DNA of 41,145 nt. Source: Candidatus Bathyarchaeia archaeon. Its GTDB lineage: Archaea > Thermoproteota > Bathyarchaeia > Bathyarchaeales > Bathycorpusculaceae. Made by a program: the position numbers and the translations under genes. The notes under the pieces were generated by a model. That model ran no database searches and was not told the origin of the DNA. It saw only the letters and a list, made by a program, of their open reading frames with translations. The stretch spans positions 1-41,145 of the forward strand of contig JAVZLS010000013.1 in NCBI GenBank assembly GCA_038883715.1, in the 5' to 3' direction. Each line of letters starts with the position of its first letter. Position 1 is the first letter of the stretch. Shown here piece after piece: positions 8,701 to 18,287 of this stretch.

Positions 8701-9633
8701 TTAAAACTTATGGATGTATTGCGTTAATTCCATGATGTTCTGCGGTTTTTTAAAAAGCTCCACCATCAAATACGCACAATTTACATTGAAGTATGGTGGC
8801 CCTTTCCTTGAAAAAAGTGTCAAAACTTTCCCATTATGGTCTATTTTGTAGCCTTCTTCGCATGGCTCATGTCCCCTTATTAGAACTTTAACACCAAAAT
8901 TTTGCAGAACGGTGTCAGCCACTTTTTGTCCGAAGAGTTTTCCCGCTCCACGAGGAGATGCGCATGTTTCACTTATTGCGTCGGTTGGGTCGCTCCAAAG
9001 CAAGTCTTCCAGAAGGCTCTCCTTTGGGTGCCTTTCATGGGCGTAGGCTAAATCCTCAAGGCTTTTTGCTTGCGGTGGCACACCGCCATGAACCATCAGG
9101 TAGCGTTCCTCAACAATTACGGCATTGTACAAGAACCCGAAAAGTTTGAAAATTTCCTCGTAAGCTTGTTGCCACGCTTTGCCGAATTTTGCTTGGAACT
9201 GCCATGGCAGATCATGGGGTGAAGCCAGTAGGTCTTCTGGTCCCTCGTGGTTTCCCCTCATTAGGATTATCTGCTTTGGAAAGTGCAGCTTAAGTTTCAA
9301 AAGCGTGTAATAAACTTCAGCGGATAAGGGTCCCCTATCACCATAATCGCCTAGAAAAATCAGCGTTGCTTTTTCGCCTCGGCTTAGTTTGTCTAGGAAG
9401 TTGCTTCTGTTTAAGATTTCTATTAGGCTTTCTAGGTCGCCGTGCAAATCCCCAACAACCAGCGCCTCGCCCATAGGCGAAAGCTTAACAAGCCTACCAA
9501 AAACCTCAAAATTCCCTATTTTCCCGTTTTCTTTGCCAATTAGCTCCCTAGCCTCTTGAACGACGCGGCAGAAATCTTCGGATGAAGCTTCAAAGGCTTC
9601 TTTTACAATTTGCTTAAGGTTTGGCCTTTGCAA
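8701..9633 (-). CDS. PPP-family Ser/Thr protein phosphatase (PP1/PP2A-like)
   Basis: GDLHG, GDYGDRG, RGNHE, HGG, LLWSDP, SPRGAG, IRGHE, TLFS. Confidence 0.93.
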   Translation of the reverse strand: MQRPNLKQIVKEAFEASSEDFCRVVQEARELIGKENGKIGNFEVFGRLVKLSPMGEALVVGDLHGDLESLIEILNRSNFLDKLSRGEKATLIFLGDYGDRGPLSAEVYYTLLKLKLHFPKQIILMRGNHEGPEDLLASPHDLPWQFQAKFGKAWQQAYEEIFKLFGFLYNAVIVEERYLMVHGGVPPQAKSLEDLAYAHERHPKESLLEDLLWSDPTDAISETCASPRGAGKLFGQKVADTVLQNFGVKVLIRGHEPCEEGYKIDHNGKVLTLFSRKGPPYFNVNCAYLMVELFKKPQNIMELTQYIHKF

Positions 9634-9643
9634 GTTCTCCGCC

Positions 9644-10900
9644 TCAAACCTCGATGGCTATTTCAACTCGTTTTCCGGAAAAGTTGAGAATGTTCTTCTC
9701 CATGCGGCTTTTGCATTCAAAAATTTTTGCGGCGACATCCTTTAAGCCCTTTTCAGTCGCCACAATTTCAGCCTCTAAGCTTTCAGCCCTTTTCTTCAAC
9801 CTATCCACATGCTCGTTTAGTCTCGCCACTTCGCTTTTGGCTTCGGCTAAAGTTGAGGATGTGGAAAGTTTAGCTTTGCGCTGATTCGCGTCCACACACT
9901 TTTGGTATAGGCTTGCAAGCGAATTCTTGCTGAGAATTTCTTCTATGGCTTGCCTTGCTTTACGCTCTTTATCGGGCTTAAGTTTAAGCTTGCCCTCCAC
10001 CATAAGCCTCAAAGTCTTCTGCAAAATCTGCCTTAAAAGCGGATAGTCATCATTTTCTGTAGCTAAAGCCTCAAATGGATCTGCCAAATAATGGTTAAGC
10101 TTTTTCAGCTCTTCCGGTGTTAAGCCGCTCCCCTCGCCATGAGAAGCCAAAGACTGAAGCTTAATTAGGGGTTTTTGAAGATGACGAAGATGGTACTCGA
10201 CTTCCCTTCTTAAACTGCCTATTGCCTCGTCCAACTCTGCCAAGTGGCTTAACCCACCACTTTTTTCAAGCTCAATAATCCTAGATTGAACGTTGGCCAG
10301 CTCCTCCTCAACCTTTCTACGCTCATCTTCAACTCTTTCTCTCTCCATTCTTAGATTTGCTGTCCTCTCCTTCAACCTGTTAACCTCGTCTATAAGTTGG
10401 AAGGTTTCCTCCAAAACCTTAGCCTTAACATACTCTTTTGTCAGAAACTCGTTAAGCTCTTTAAGCGTGCCTTTCGCAGTTTCAAAAGCCCTCAAGAATT
10501 TGCCTCTATCCATTATGAAGAAGGGTGAAATCCTTGGAAACCAGTTTCTAACATCAACATCCGTAACAGCGTAAGCCTTCTGGGCAGCGTTAACAAAGCT
10601 TTCAACATCCTTAAAGGATGGCTTTTCCGGAACCCTAATCGGCTGTATCCTCTCAAGGAAAAGTTTAGCAAGCTTGTTTAGGGCTTGTGCCCTCTTAAAA
10701 GTGCGCATGTTACGCTTCTCAATCTCCTTACGACTATTCTCCAAAAGCATACGACAAGCATCAACCAAGCCCTGATGGGACTCCTGCATCTCGTCGAGAA
10801 GCCTCTCAGCCTTAGCATGCACAGGACCAAGAACAGAGCTGGTTTCGCCCTCAAGCCAGCCCCTAAGCTCATTGAAAGAAATTTTAAGGCTTATTGACAA
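9644..10900 (-). CDS. long coiled-coil protein of unknown function; likely TTG start at 10900
   Basis: E/K/R/L-rich heptad stretches; GGAG before TTG; 10 nt from the phosphatase gene. Confidence 0.75.
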   Translation of the reverse strand: MSISLKISFNELRGWLEGETSSVLGPVHAKAERLLDEMQESHQGLVDACRMLLENSRKEIEKRNMRTFKRAQALNKLAKLFLERIQPIRVPEKPSFKDVESFVNAAQKAYAVTDVDVRNWFPRISPFFIMDRGKFLRAFETAKGTLKELNEFLTKEYVKAKVLEETFQLIDEVNRLKERTANLRMERERVEDERRKVEEELANVQSRIIELEKSGGLSHLAELDEAIGSLRREVEYHLRHLQKPLIKLQSLASHGEGSGLTPEELKKLNHYLADPFEALATENDDYPLLRQILQKTLRLMVEGKLKLKPDKERKARQAIEEILSKNSLASLYQKCVDANQRKAKLSTSSTLAEAKSEVARLNEHVDRLKKRAESLEAEIVATEKGLKDVAAKIFECKSRMEKNILNFSGKRVEIAIEV

Positions 10901-11023
10901 TAGGCCTCTCCAAAAATAAATGAGCAAAAGTCATATTAATGTTTAAAGCATTTTATTTTACTCATTTTTAAGTAGAAACTTATATATGAGTATAAACTCT
11001 AAAGCTCGCTCAGCAGGGACGAA

Positions 11024-11704
11024 ATGGGCATGGCGGCAGATTCCAGAAGAATAGTTTTCCTAGCGCTTATGGCGGCGTTAGGAAATGTGATGTTTGTTAT
11101 TTCGCAAACAATTTTTAAGATGACCCAAATAGCCCTAGACTTATCCCATATTGGAACTTTAATTGCAGCGGTTTACGGGGGCCCATTGGCAGGTTTAGTT
11201 GCCGGGCTTCTTGTGGGCATAGGACCTGGAATCTACTTCGGGTATGTGGGTGGAAGCCTAGGGCTGCTTGGAGCTTTAGGTTTACCTATAGGAAAAGCGA
11301 TGACGGGTGTTAGTGTTGGCTATTTGGCGAAGATATTTAGAGTGCAACATTCGAAAGGCTCTTCTTGGAAGGTGACCTTCGCAACTTTGATCGGATATAT
11401 TCCAGAGTGTATTTATACGCTGTTCTTCTTTATTGTTCTCGTTACAATTCTACTTCCAGATGTTGCCGCATTTTTCACATCCATCTTCGGTTCAATATGG
11501 GCGCTAGCACTTTCAGTTTTAGCCAAAGCATGGGTTGAAATGGCTTTGCTGGGATTTTTCATGGGAGCGCTCGTTGGAAACAGCGGTTTTAACGATTTTG
11601 TAGGTCGTGTTTTCATGAAAACTTTTACAGTTCAAAAATTCAAACAAAAGGCAAGGAAGAAAACTAGCCTAACTCAAAGGATTTCGTTAGGGCATCAGGA
11701 TTAA
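11024..11704 (+). CDS. ECF transporter S-component-like membrane protein
   Basis: IVFLALMAALG..DLSHIGTLIAAVYGGPLAGLVAG pattern; about 6 TM helices. Confidence 0.75.
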   Translation: MGMAADSRRIVFLALMAALGNVMFVISQTIFKMTQIALDLSHIGTLIAAVYGGPLAGLVAGLLVGIGPGIYFGYVGGSLGLLGALGLPIGKAMTGVSVGYLAKIFRVQHSKGSSWKVTFATLIGYIPECIYTLFFFIVLVTILLPDVAAFFTSIFGSIWALALSVLAKAWVEMALLGFFMGALVGNSGFNDFVGRVFMKTFTVQKFKQKARKKTSLTQRISLGHQD

Positions 11705-12629
11705 TCTTTCCGGCCGTGAAAGTTTTTCCGGTTCTAATGTTGTTTATGGTTATTTTTGCTGGTGCGAATATGTTTGGGTCTATTTTGTAGAAGTCGTAAT
11801 TGGCGGCTTTGAAAATTTCTAGGAAGGGCTTGCCATAGTCTTTTGACGATTTGGACGGAGCTTGCTCTACTATCTTGGCTAGCTCGTCTTCGTTTTCATA
11901 GTCAACTATGTAGTGGGTTACTCCTCCATATAGGATGGCGTCGTTGGTTCTAGCCATGGCTTTGACAAATTTTGGGTGAGCTGGCGGTATTGGAGCGGAG
12001 CCCCAAGCATAAAGAATAGCGTTCGGGTTAAAGCCCAACTTTGTGAGTTTATGGATTCCAGTTTCAACTATTCTTCCGGCTACCTGTGTTGCTCCGGCTA
12101 GGCTTGCTGTGGGGGTTAGTATTAATGCCAGGTTTTCGTACTGGATGTGGCAGTCTTCAGCCAGCCTCCGCATGAGCTTTTCAGGCGGCATTTTGTCGGT
12201 TTCCAAGACCACTATGGCTTTGTCAAACTCGTCTTTATAGCCTATCTTCTCATAGATTTCCTTTGGTTTTTGGGCTAGGGCTCTTGCGGGTCCAGAGCCT
12301 ATGGCGAAGTAGTCACCCTCCTTAATGTTCCATCCTGCAAACTGCGAACCCAAAGTGGCTATGGCTGGATGGTCTGTGTAAACAAATATTGTTGGAAGCT
12401 CGAATTCACCATACTGCCAAAAGCCTATAGTGGCTTTTCCACACCCGCCCATGCAGATTTCCGTTATAATCTTGCCGGCTTGAAAGCCGCCTTTCGATTT
12501 TATCCCAGCATCCACAACTGTGGCGCCGCATTCCGCCTTTTCAACCTTTACGCCGTAAAATTCTGGGCTTCCACAAAGTTTTTCCAGCAGCTTCCATGCC
12601 AAACGGTTTACACTTAATCCGCCTTTCAT
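11664..12629 (-). CDS. mch: methenyl-H4MPT cyclohydrolase
   Basis: LSVN, EICMGG, LGSQFAGW, GSGPARAL, TNDAILYGG, FYKIDPNIFAPA. Confidence 0.96.
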   Translation of the reverse strand: MKGGLSVNRLAWKLLEKLCGSPEFYGVKVEKAECGATVVDAGIKSKGGFQAGKIITEICMGGCGKATIGFWQYGEFELPTIFVYTDHPAIATLGSQFAGWNIKEGDYFAIGSGPARALAQKPKEIYEKIGYKDEFDKAIVVLETDKMPPEKLMRRLAEDCHIQYENLALILTPTASLAGATQVAGRIVETGIHKLTKLGFNPNAILYAWGSAPIPPAHPKFVKAMARTNDAILYGGVTHYIVDYENEDELAKIVEQAPSKSSKDYGKPFLEIFKAANYDFYKIDPNIFAPAKITINNIRTGKTFTAGKINPDALTKSFELG

Positions 12630-12643
12630 GGCTTAACCCCATT

Positions 12644-13471
12644 TTAGAGAAGTTTTTCATAGCGGCTTAGGTGGGGGTTCGGCTCTTTTGCGACAAAAAG
12701 CCTTCCACGACCGTTTTCCGTCAAATCTCCAAGGAACAAGTAGAAAGGCGCTTCCACAACTTCGCCCTCTTCTATTTTAACTCTCTTCCTTATGCCCTCA
12801 ATTGTGAATGTGGGGAGAACGGATTCCAAGAAGCCTCCGACAACTATCGTCCCGTCTATCATGCATGCTCCAGCTCTTCCACCGCAGTCTTTCTGCACGT
12901 AAATTGTGCCGCCATGCATTCTGAAACCCACAAACTGTCCGGCATTCCCACAAATCTTTATCAAACCTTTCTTCATGTGGGCTCCGGCTTCGCTTCCAAC
13001 GTTTCCATGCACAATTATTTTTCCACCTTTCATTCCTTCAGTGCTTCCGCGGTACGGCGCACCTAAATAGTCGCCGGCGTTTCCGTGAATCTCTATTGTT
13101 CCGCCCTTCATCATGGAGCCAGCCCAACCAAAAACGTTGCCGTAAACGGTTATTTTTCCGCCGCGCATTTCTTCGCCCAGGTGCATGCCAGCGTCGCCTT
13201 TAACAATTATTTCGCCGCTTTTCATTCCAGCGCCTATTCGCCTAACGCGGCTCACATCACCATGGATAGTTATCACGGTGGCTTCAGATTTGCCTTCTTC
13301 CTTTGCCACTTCAACTTTGAAGAGTTCTCCAAGTTTTTTCTGTTTTTTCCCTTCCCAAACCTCCAGCCCTTCAATTTCTTTTTGTTTTTTCCCTTGGAAA
13401 ATGTCTGGGTTTATGCATTCAGCCATTATTGGCAGTTTGAACTCCTTTAACGGGTATAGGTTTACCAACAT
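12644..13471 (-). CDS. fwdC: formylmethanofuran dehydrogenase subunit C
   Basis: Repeated GxxMxGGxIxVxG beta-helix motifs; GAPYRG. Confidence 0.95.
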   Translation of the reverse strand: MLVNLYPLKEFKLPIMAECINPDIFQGKKQKEIEGLEVWEGKKQKKLGELFKVEVAKEEGKSEATVITIHGDVSRVRRIGAGMKSGEIIVKGDAGMHLGEEMRGGKITVYGNVFGWAGSMMKGGTIEIHGNAGDYLGAPYRGSTEGMKGGKIIVHGNVGSEAGAHMKKGLIKICGNAGQFVGFRMHGGTIYVQKDCGGRAGACMIDGTIVVGGFLESVLPTFTIEGIRKRVKIEEGEVVEAPFYLFLGDLTENGRGRLFVAKEPNPHLSRYEKLL

Positions 13472-15162
13472 TATACATCAGCCTTTACGGTTATGGGTTG
13501 GGAAATTGCCAAATAATCCTCACTTACCGGATAGTTCTCAAACTCAACAGTCCAGTACTCTTTAAACCGCCTTTTCATTTCCTCTGTTATTTTCGCCTCT
13601 TCGCTGGTTTTCACGTCCAACCACATAGTTGCCCCATCAATATGCCTTAAAACCTCGCCGTCCTTAACAACCACTTGTCCGCCCTTAATAGTGTAGGCTG
13701 CCCTCTTGAAAGCCCGCCTCAAAGCCTTATACTTCTTTGAGGGGTCGGTGGTTTCTGGGTTAAAGTTGTATATGGCTATGTCCGCGTCTGCGCCGACGCC
13801 TAAGTGTCCCTTGTTTTTAAGCCCTAGGGCTTTGGCTTGCCCCGCTCTCGTCACTATGGCTATTTCATAAAAGCTTAACTCGCGGTCTATTGTTGGGAGG
13901 AGGCTTCTACTTCTGGCTTTTGGATTAATCTTTTTGAGGGTGGCTTCTCTGGCTTTTCTGCTCATAAGCCAAGCCACAATCCTCGGATAAGCGATAAATG
14001 GTCCACCGTTCGGGTGGTCTGTTGTCATTAAAATTTTCCAGGGGTCTTTTATTAGTAGGGCTAGTTCTAAGCCTATTGACCACTGGGTTGCGTGAACATA
14101 GCTTTTCCTCTTGTAGTGGAATGGTACGATTCCGGCGCTGGTTTCTGTTTCCACGTCGTGGTTTACCCACTTGTTGCCGCTTAATGTGTAGAGTATGTAT
14201 TGGAATGGACCGTCAGCCGTCATTGTCGTTGTGTTTGTGAATATTACCTGTCCCATGTCCATTGTCACGTGGGAATGGGCGTTGACGTAGTTGGCTATCT
14301 CTTCTGCTCCGGACTCGAAGGTTCTCCAGTCGTCACCCTTAAAGGCGCTGAACTGGCAGTGGGTTATATGGATTACCGGTTTGTCGTCTTCGGCTAAATC
14401 CTCCACGCATTTCATTGTTTCTAGGGCTGTCACATAATTGCCCGGCTTCCCAAGATTGTTTGTGTGCACGTGGATTGTGTGTGGCAAGTTTAGAAGCTTA
14501 TTAACCTTGCATAGTCCGCGGATAATCTCGCGGGGTGTAATTCCAAAATATGGAACTTGGTCGTCTATGCTGTTTACGTTGTGCCCAAAACCCCAAGCCT
14601 CAAGCCCACCTGGGTTGACAAGCTTTATCGCGTAGCCCTTAGTCGCCTTAATCATCCATGCCACGTGGCGGGCGCACTCCTCTATTCTGCCATCCCTCAA
14701 ATATTCGAGGACAAACCACCAGTCGCCGAGGAGCGGATAACTAGACTTATCAATTATTGGCGTGTCGCTTAACTCTTCATGGGTGTGTTTCGCCTCCAAA
14801 GGTGGCATGGCTGGGTCCATAACCGTTGTCCAGCCCATCCTCGCGTAACGATAACCCGTCGTAAAAGTGGATGGAATAGAATAGCCCACACCAGACCTTG
14901 TTACGGCTGTTTTGCGTTCAAAATCCTTGAAGTGGTCTTCTGGGCGTAGCAGCCTTCCAGAGTTCACTTTTCCTCCGGCTATGTGGCTGTGGATGTCAAC
15001 CCCGCCCGGCATGACAACCATTCCAGAAGCATCAATCTTCTTAGCTCTCCGCTCGTTAACTTTCTCGACTATTTTGCCGTCTTTCACGGCTATGTCCATT
15101 TTTTCTCCGTCAATACCGTTGAGGGGGTCGTAAACAAGCCCGTTTCTTATTAGAAGCTCCAT
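13471..15162 (-). CDS. fwdA: formylmethanofuran dehydrogenase subunit A
   Basis: DIHSHIAG, KLVNPGG, HVHTNNLGKPGN, TTDHPNGGPF. Confidence 0.96.
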   Translation of the reverse strand: MELLIRNGLVYDPLNGIDGEKMDIAVKDGKIVEKVNERRAKKIDASGMVVMPGGVDIHSHIAGGKVNSGRLLRPEDHFKDFERKTAVTRSGVGYSIPSTFTTGYRYARMGWTTVMDPAMPPLEAKHTHEELSDTPIIDKSSYPLLGDWWFVLEYLRDGRIEECARHVAWMIKATKGYAIKLVNPGGLEAWGFGHNVNSIDDQVPYFGITPREIIRGLCKVNKLLNLPHTIHVHTNNLGKPGNYVTALETMKCVEDLAEDDKPVIHITHCQFSAFKGDDWRTFESGAEEIANYVNAHSHVTMDMGQVIFTNTTTMTADGPFQYILYTLSGNKWVNHDVETETSAGIVPFHYKRKSYVHATQWSIGLELALLIKDPWKILMTTDHPNGGPFIAYPRIVAWLMSRKAREATLKKINPKARSRSLLPTIDRELSFYEIAIVTRAGQAKALGLKNKGHLGVGADADIAIYNFNPETTDPSKKYKALRRAFKRAAYTIKGGQVVVKDGEVLRHIDGATMWLDVKTSEEAKITEEMKRRFKEYWTVEFENYPVSEDYLAISQPITVKADV

Positions 15163-16619
15163 TAGGCTTTAGCCTCCTTCCTTTTTATCCTTCTAACTTC
15201 AGCCAAAATCCGCCTCAGAATCTCCTCGTCTGGAAGAATGCCCCTCGGTGGGTTCACCACCTTCTTTAGAGGTATGGGCACGTGGTCCATGCGGTAGGCT
15301 GTTCCAGAAGCTTCTATGCCAACAAAAGCCGACGGAATAAGCACGTCAGCCATTTGAGCTGTCACATTCATGTGGGGGTCGATAACTATTAAGGGGTTTT
15401 CCACCAAGTGTTCAGCCGCTTTTCGTGGGAAGTTTGAAACTGGGTCTGAAGCCACTATTAGAGCGGCATCAGACTCCTTCCGCAATAAAACGTCGATAAC
15501 TGATGTTTCGCCGGGATTGTACCTTGGATAGCCAAGGGAGAAGTCCACGGCGTACGGGTAGCCCGTTTGCCAAGTAAAAACCGTGTTGGCGCCAGTCACA
15601 TTGAAGTGCCCCCGCATGGGCATTATGACAAATTTTGTTCTCATGTTTAGGTCCCGCACTAATGAAAGCGCCGCGTCTATGTTTCGCAGTTTGCCACTGC
15701 TCATTGTTAAGCCAAGCCCAAAGAACAAGGCGCCGAAATCGCAGCTAACCATGGCGTCAGCCACCTCCTCCAAATACTCCACTGGTACTCCAGCCACTTT
15801 GTCAACTTCAAGCTCTTGGTCGCGAACCAGCGCCCGGAAAGCCTGCAAAAGCTCATAATCCCTGTTGGGCTCAACTTGCACGAAATAGTCTGCGATTTCA
15901 GCCGACTTTGTCCGCCTAACGTCAATCACTATAAGTTTTCTACCTTCCTTGGCTATTGACGGGTAGGGCTTATACCCGGAAACTGGTGGAGGGACCGGCG
16001 CCGGCTTTTTGAAGAACAGCCGTTTAATGGCACTTTGAATCTTTTTCCGTCCGACAAGAGCCTTAACCTTGTTCACGTAACTTCTCCATGCGCTCTTCTC
16101 AAATCTTCCCTCTGAGAAGGCTGTGTAACGCTCTATGTGCCTCGGATGGGCACTCCAAGGGTTGCTCCCCCAATAAACGATAAGGTCAGCCCTATGCCTA
16201 ATCTGCCCCAAAGTGCATGATGGAATCCCAACGTCTTGAATGCTTAATATTGATGGCCCGTGGCAGACAACAGAGGTGTTGTCTATTACTCCGCCAACTT
16301 CTTCAGCGAGTTCTATGCCAACGCTTATGGCTTCGCAACTTGTGCTGCTCCAGCCATAAAGCACTGGATAGTTAGCTTCAGCCAAAATTTCAGCTGCCCT
16401 TCTAACAGCCTCTCTAAGGGTTGTTTTGACAAGCCCGCCATTTTTCCTTATCATGGGCCTTAAAACACGATGCTCGCCACAGTAGCCCAAAAACTTGGCT
16501 TCACACATGGCACAGCCATTCTTAACCTTGACGATGCGTCCATTCTCAACGGTTAGTTCTATGTCATCGCATAGGCTTCCACAAACGGGGCAAGTTACAG
16601 CCTTAACAACCGGCATCAT
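15162..16619 (-). CDS. fwdB: formylmethanofuran dehydrogenase subunit B (W/Mo, Cys-type)
   Basis: CPVCGSLCDD, VCHGPS, HPRH, MRGHFNVTG, RYNPGET. Confidence 0.96.
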   Translation of the reverse strand: MMPVVKAVTCPVCGSLCDDIELTVENGRIVKVKNGCAMCEAKFLGYCGEHRVLRPMIRKNGGLVKTTLREAVRRAAEILAEANYPVLYGWSSTSCEAISVGIELAEEVGGVIDNTSVVCHGPSILSIQDVGIPSCTLGQIRHRADLIVYWGSNPWSAHPRHIERYTAFSEGRFEKSAWRSYVNKVKALVGRKKIQSAIKRLFFKKPAPVPPPVSGYKPYPSIAKEGRKLIVIDVRRTKSAEIADYFVQVEPNRDYELLQAFRALVRDQELEVDKVAGVPVEYLEEVADAMVSCDFGALFFGLGLTMSSGKLRNIDAALSLVRDLNMRTKFVIMPMRGHFNVTGANTVFTWQTGYPYAVDFSLGYPRYNPGETSVIDVLLRKESDAALIVASDPVSNFPRKAAEHLVENPLIVIDPHMNVTAQMADVLIPSAFVGIEASGTAYRMDHVPIPLKKVVNPPRGILPDEEILRRILAEVRRIKRKEAKA

Positions 16620-17025
16620 TAATCCTTCCTAAAACTGTTTTGAGAAGCTCCTCCAAGCCTAGAACTGGCTTGTCTAGGGCTGGCTCCACAGAAGCTGGAA
16701 TCCCCTTAAAAGAGGGCATACCAATGCCATTGGTTTCAGGGTCGACAACAACATTCGCCCATGGACCATAAGGGATAAAAACCACGCCTTGGTGCGGTGC
16801 CCTCAAAGATTTCTTGGCTTTAACCACGACTGAGCCAAAAGCCGTTGAAACTTGAATGTTGGTTCCATCTCTTATGCCAAGCCTTTTCATATCCTCTGGG
16901 TCCATATAGCAAACGGATACGCTTTCCACATACTCTTTTGAGGATTTTCCCCGCTCTTTTCCGGCACCCTGCTCTATTGTACGTCCAGTCAATAGGGTAA
17001 CTTTCAGCTTAGGCTTCTCTTCCAT
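16603..17025 (-). CDS. fwdD: formylmethanofuran dehydrogenase subunit D
   Basis: LLTGRTIEQG, FIPYGPWAN, GMPSFKG. Confidence 0.95.
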   Translation of the reverse strand: MEEKPKLKVTLLTGRTIEQGAGKERGKSSKEYVESVSVCYMDPEDMKRLGIRDGTNIQVSTAFGSVVVKAKKSLRAPHQGVVFIPYGPWANVVVDPETNGIGMPSFKGIPASVEPALDKPVLGLEELLKTVLGRINDAGC

Positions 17026-17102
17026 GGGTTAACCTCAACATTTGCACATTAACGCCAAACATTTCTTGAAAGCTACATACAGAAAACTCAATCCTAATTA
17101 AT

Positions 17103-18035
17103 TTATCCCTTCCCAACATTAAGAATAATTGTGCGAATTAACCAACCATTTGGCGGAGTTAGTGGTTGTGATGGAGACCCTTCCGGAGGAGGCGTAAATT
17201 TGGGGTGCTCTTCGCTTATAGGTGGTTTTTCAAGTGCTAGTTTTTCTGCCTTCCTCTTTCGGTAAACGTGTATTGCAAAGTATACAAGCATAGCTCCTAC
17301 GAGTATGAGTACCGAGTAAATGAATGTTGTTAAAGCGTAGGTGACATAAGTAAAACGCACATTTGAGGTATTATATGTAAATACTATACTGTAAGATAGC
17401 GTCCGAGGATAGCCAGATTCCACATAATTAACCGTCCAATACTGCCTATCCTCCAACATGAGTCCAGTTTCCCGATCATATATTATTTCAAGCCTTCCAT
17501 AGTAATTAGCAGATATTATACTTCCATAGAGTGAAATGTCCCGGGAGCAGCTAAACTCTATGCTATTTGCCATCAATGTGTAAAAGAATAGCCATCCATA
17601 ACACCTTAAGCCTGAATCGGACAAGGTAACCGTCTGATTTAAAATTTTCACTGCGTCTCCGGGGTTATGCCCCTCACCAATCCATAAATCAAAGTATTCG
17701 CCATGAGGTGGAATTTCCAGCGTAGGCAAAAGTTCTTCAACGAGGATTATGGAGCGATTGATTAGGCTTACATAAAATGTTATCGAAGCTGAGGCTGCAC
17801 CCGCCATCATAAGCCTTTCTACAACCTCGATGTATGTTTTATTGATAATGTCGTTAGTGCTCAACTCGAATTGTCCCCGTAGAGAATATCCTAGAAAAAT
17901 TACAGTGTAAGAATATTCAACACGCAAAAATGGGAAGGGTACAGTTTTTCTTCCTACGGTAAGAGCGTGGGGAAGGAACATAACTAGAAGAGTTTCTGAA
18001 AGAATAATGAATATGAAAATTTTACCGTGAGACAT
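17103..18035 (-). CDS. secreted/membrane-anchored hypothetical protein; likely ATG at 18035
   Basis: N-terminal hydrophobic signal, Y/S/T-rich body, C-terminal TM followed by RKRK and a Pro-rich tail; AT-richer than neighbours. Confidence 0.65.
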   Translation of the reverse strand: MSHGKIFIFIILSETLLVMFLPHALTVGRKTVPFPFLRVEYSYTVIFLGYSLRGQFELSTNDIINKTYIEVVERLMMAGAASASITFYVSLINRSIILVEELLPTLEIPPHGEYFDLWIGEGHNPGDAVKILNQTVTLSDSGLRCYGWLFFYTLMANSIEFSCSRDISLYGSIISANYYGRLEIIYDRETGLMLEDRQYWTVNYVESGYPRTLSYSIVFTYNTSNVRFTYVTYALTTFIYSVLILVGAMLVYFAIHVYRKRKAEKLALEKPPISEEHPKFTPPPEGSPSQPLTPPNGWLIRTIILNVGKG

Positions 18036-18287
18036 TATGGCAACTAGACCTCTCAAAAACTTTTCTAACAAAAGGATAAAACGTGTGCCTAGTAACTCTA
18101 GTAGACAATGATCAGCCTCCGTCAAACATACATTTTAAATAAATATCGATACTCATCAGCTTTAAATTTATCCCAATGGGCATTCCAAAAGCAACGAAAG
18201 GTCCTTAAAATGAGAGTAAAAAGCTATGTATTTTTGCTGCTGAAAAAGCCAATAGCAGTCTACCCTCTATCGTTTTTGTCTTTCAAA

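Noticed and set aside
9644-9675. C-terminal KRVEI as a PP1 RVxF docking motif
   Set aside because: Lacks the required F/W
12644-13471. Gly-rich repeats as a possible repeat array
   Set aside because: Normal FwdC beta-helix repeats
16255-16270. Possible selenocysteine in FwdB
   Set aside because: The active-site codon is TGC (Cys); there is no in-frame TGA
18108-18160. Second box C/D candidate on the minus strand (TGATGA...CTGA)
   Set aside because: No recognisable C'/D' boxes, AT-rich promoter-like interior, weak terminal stem
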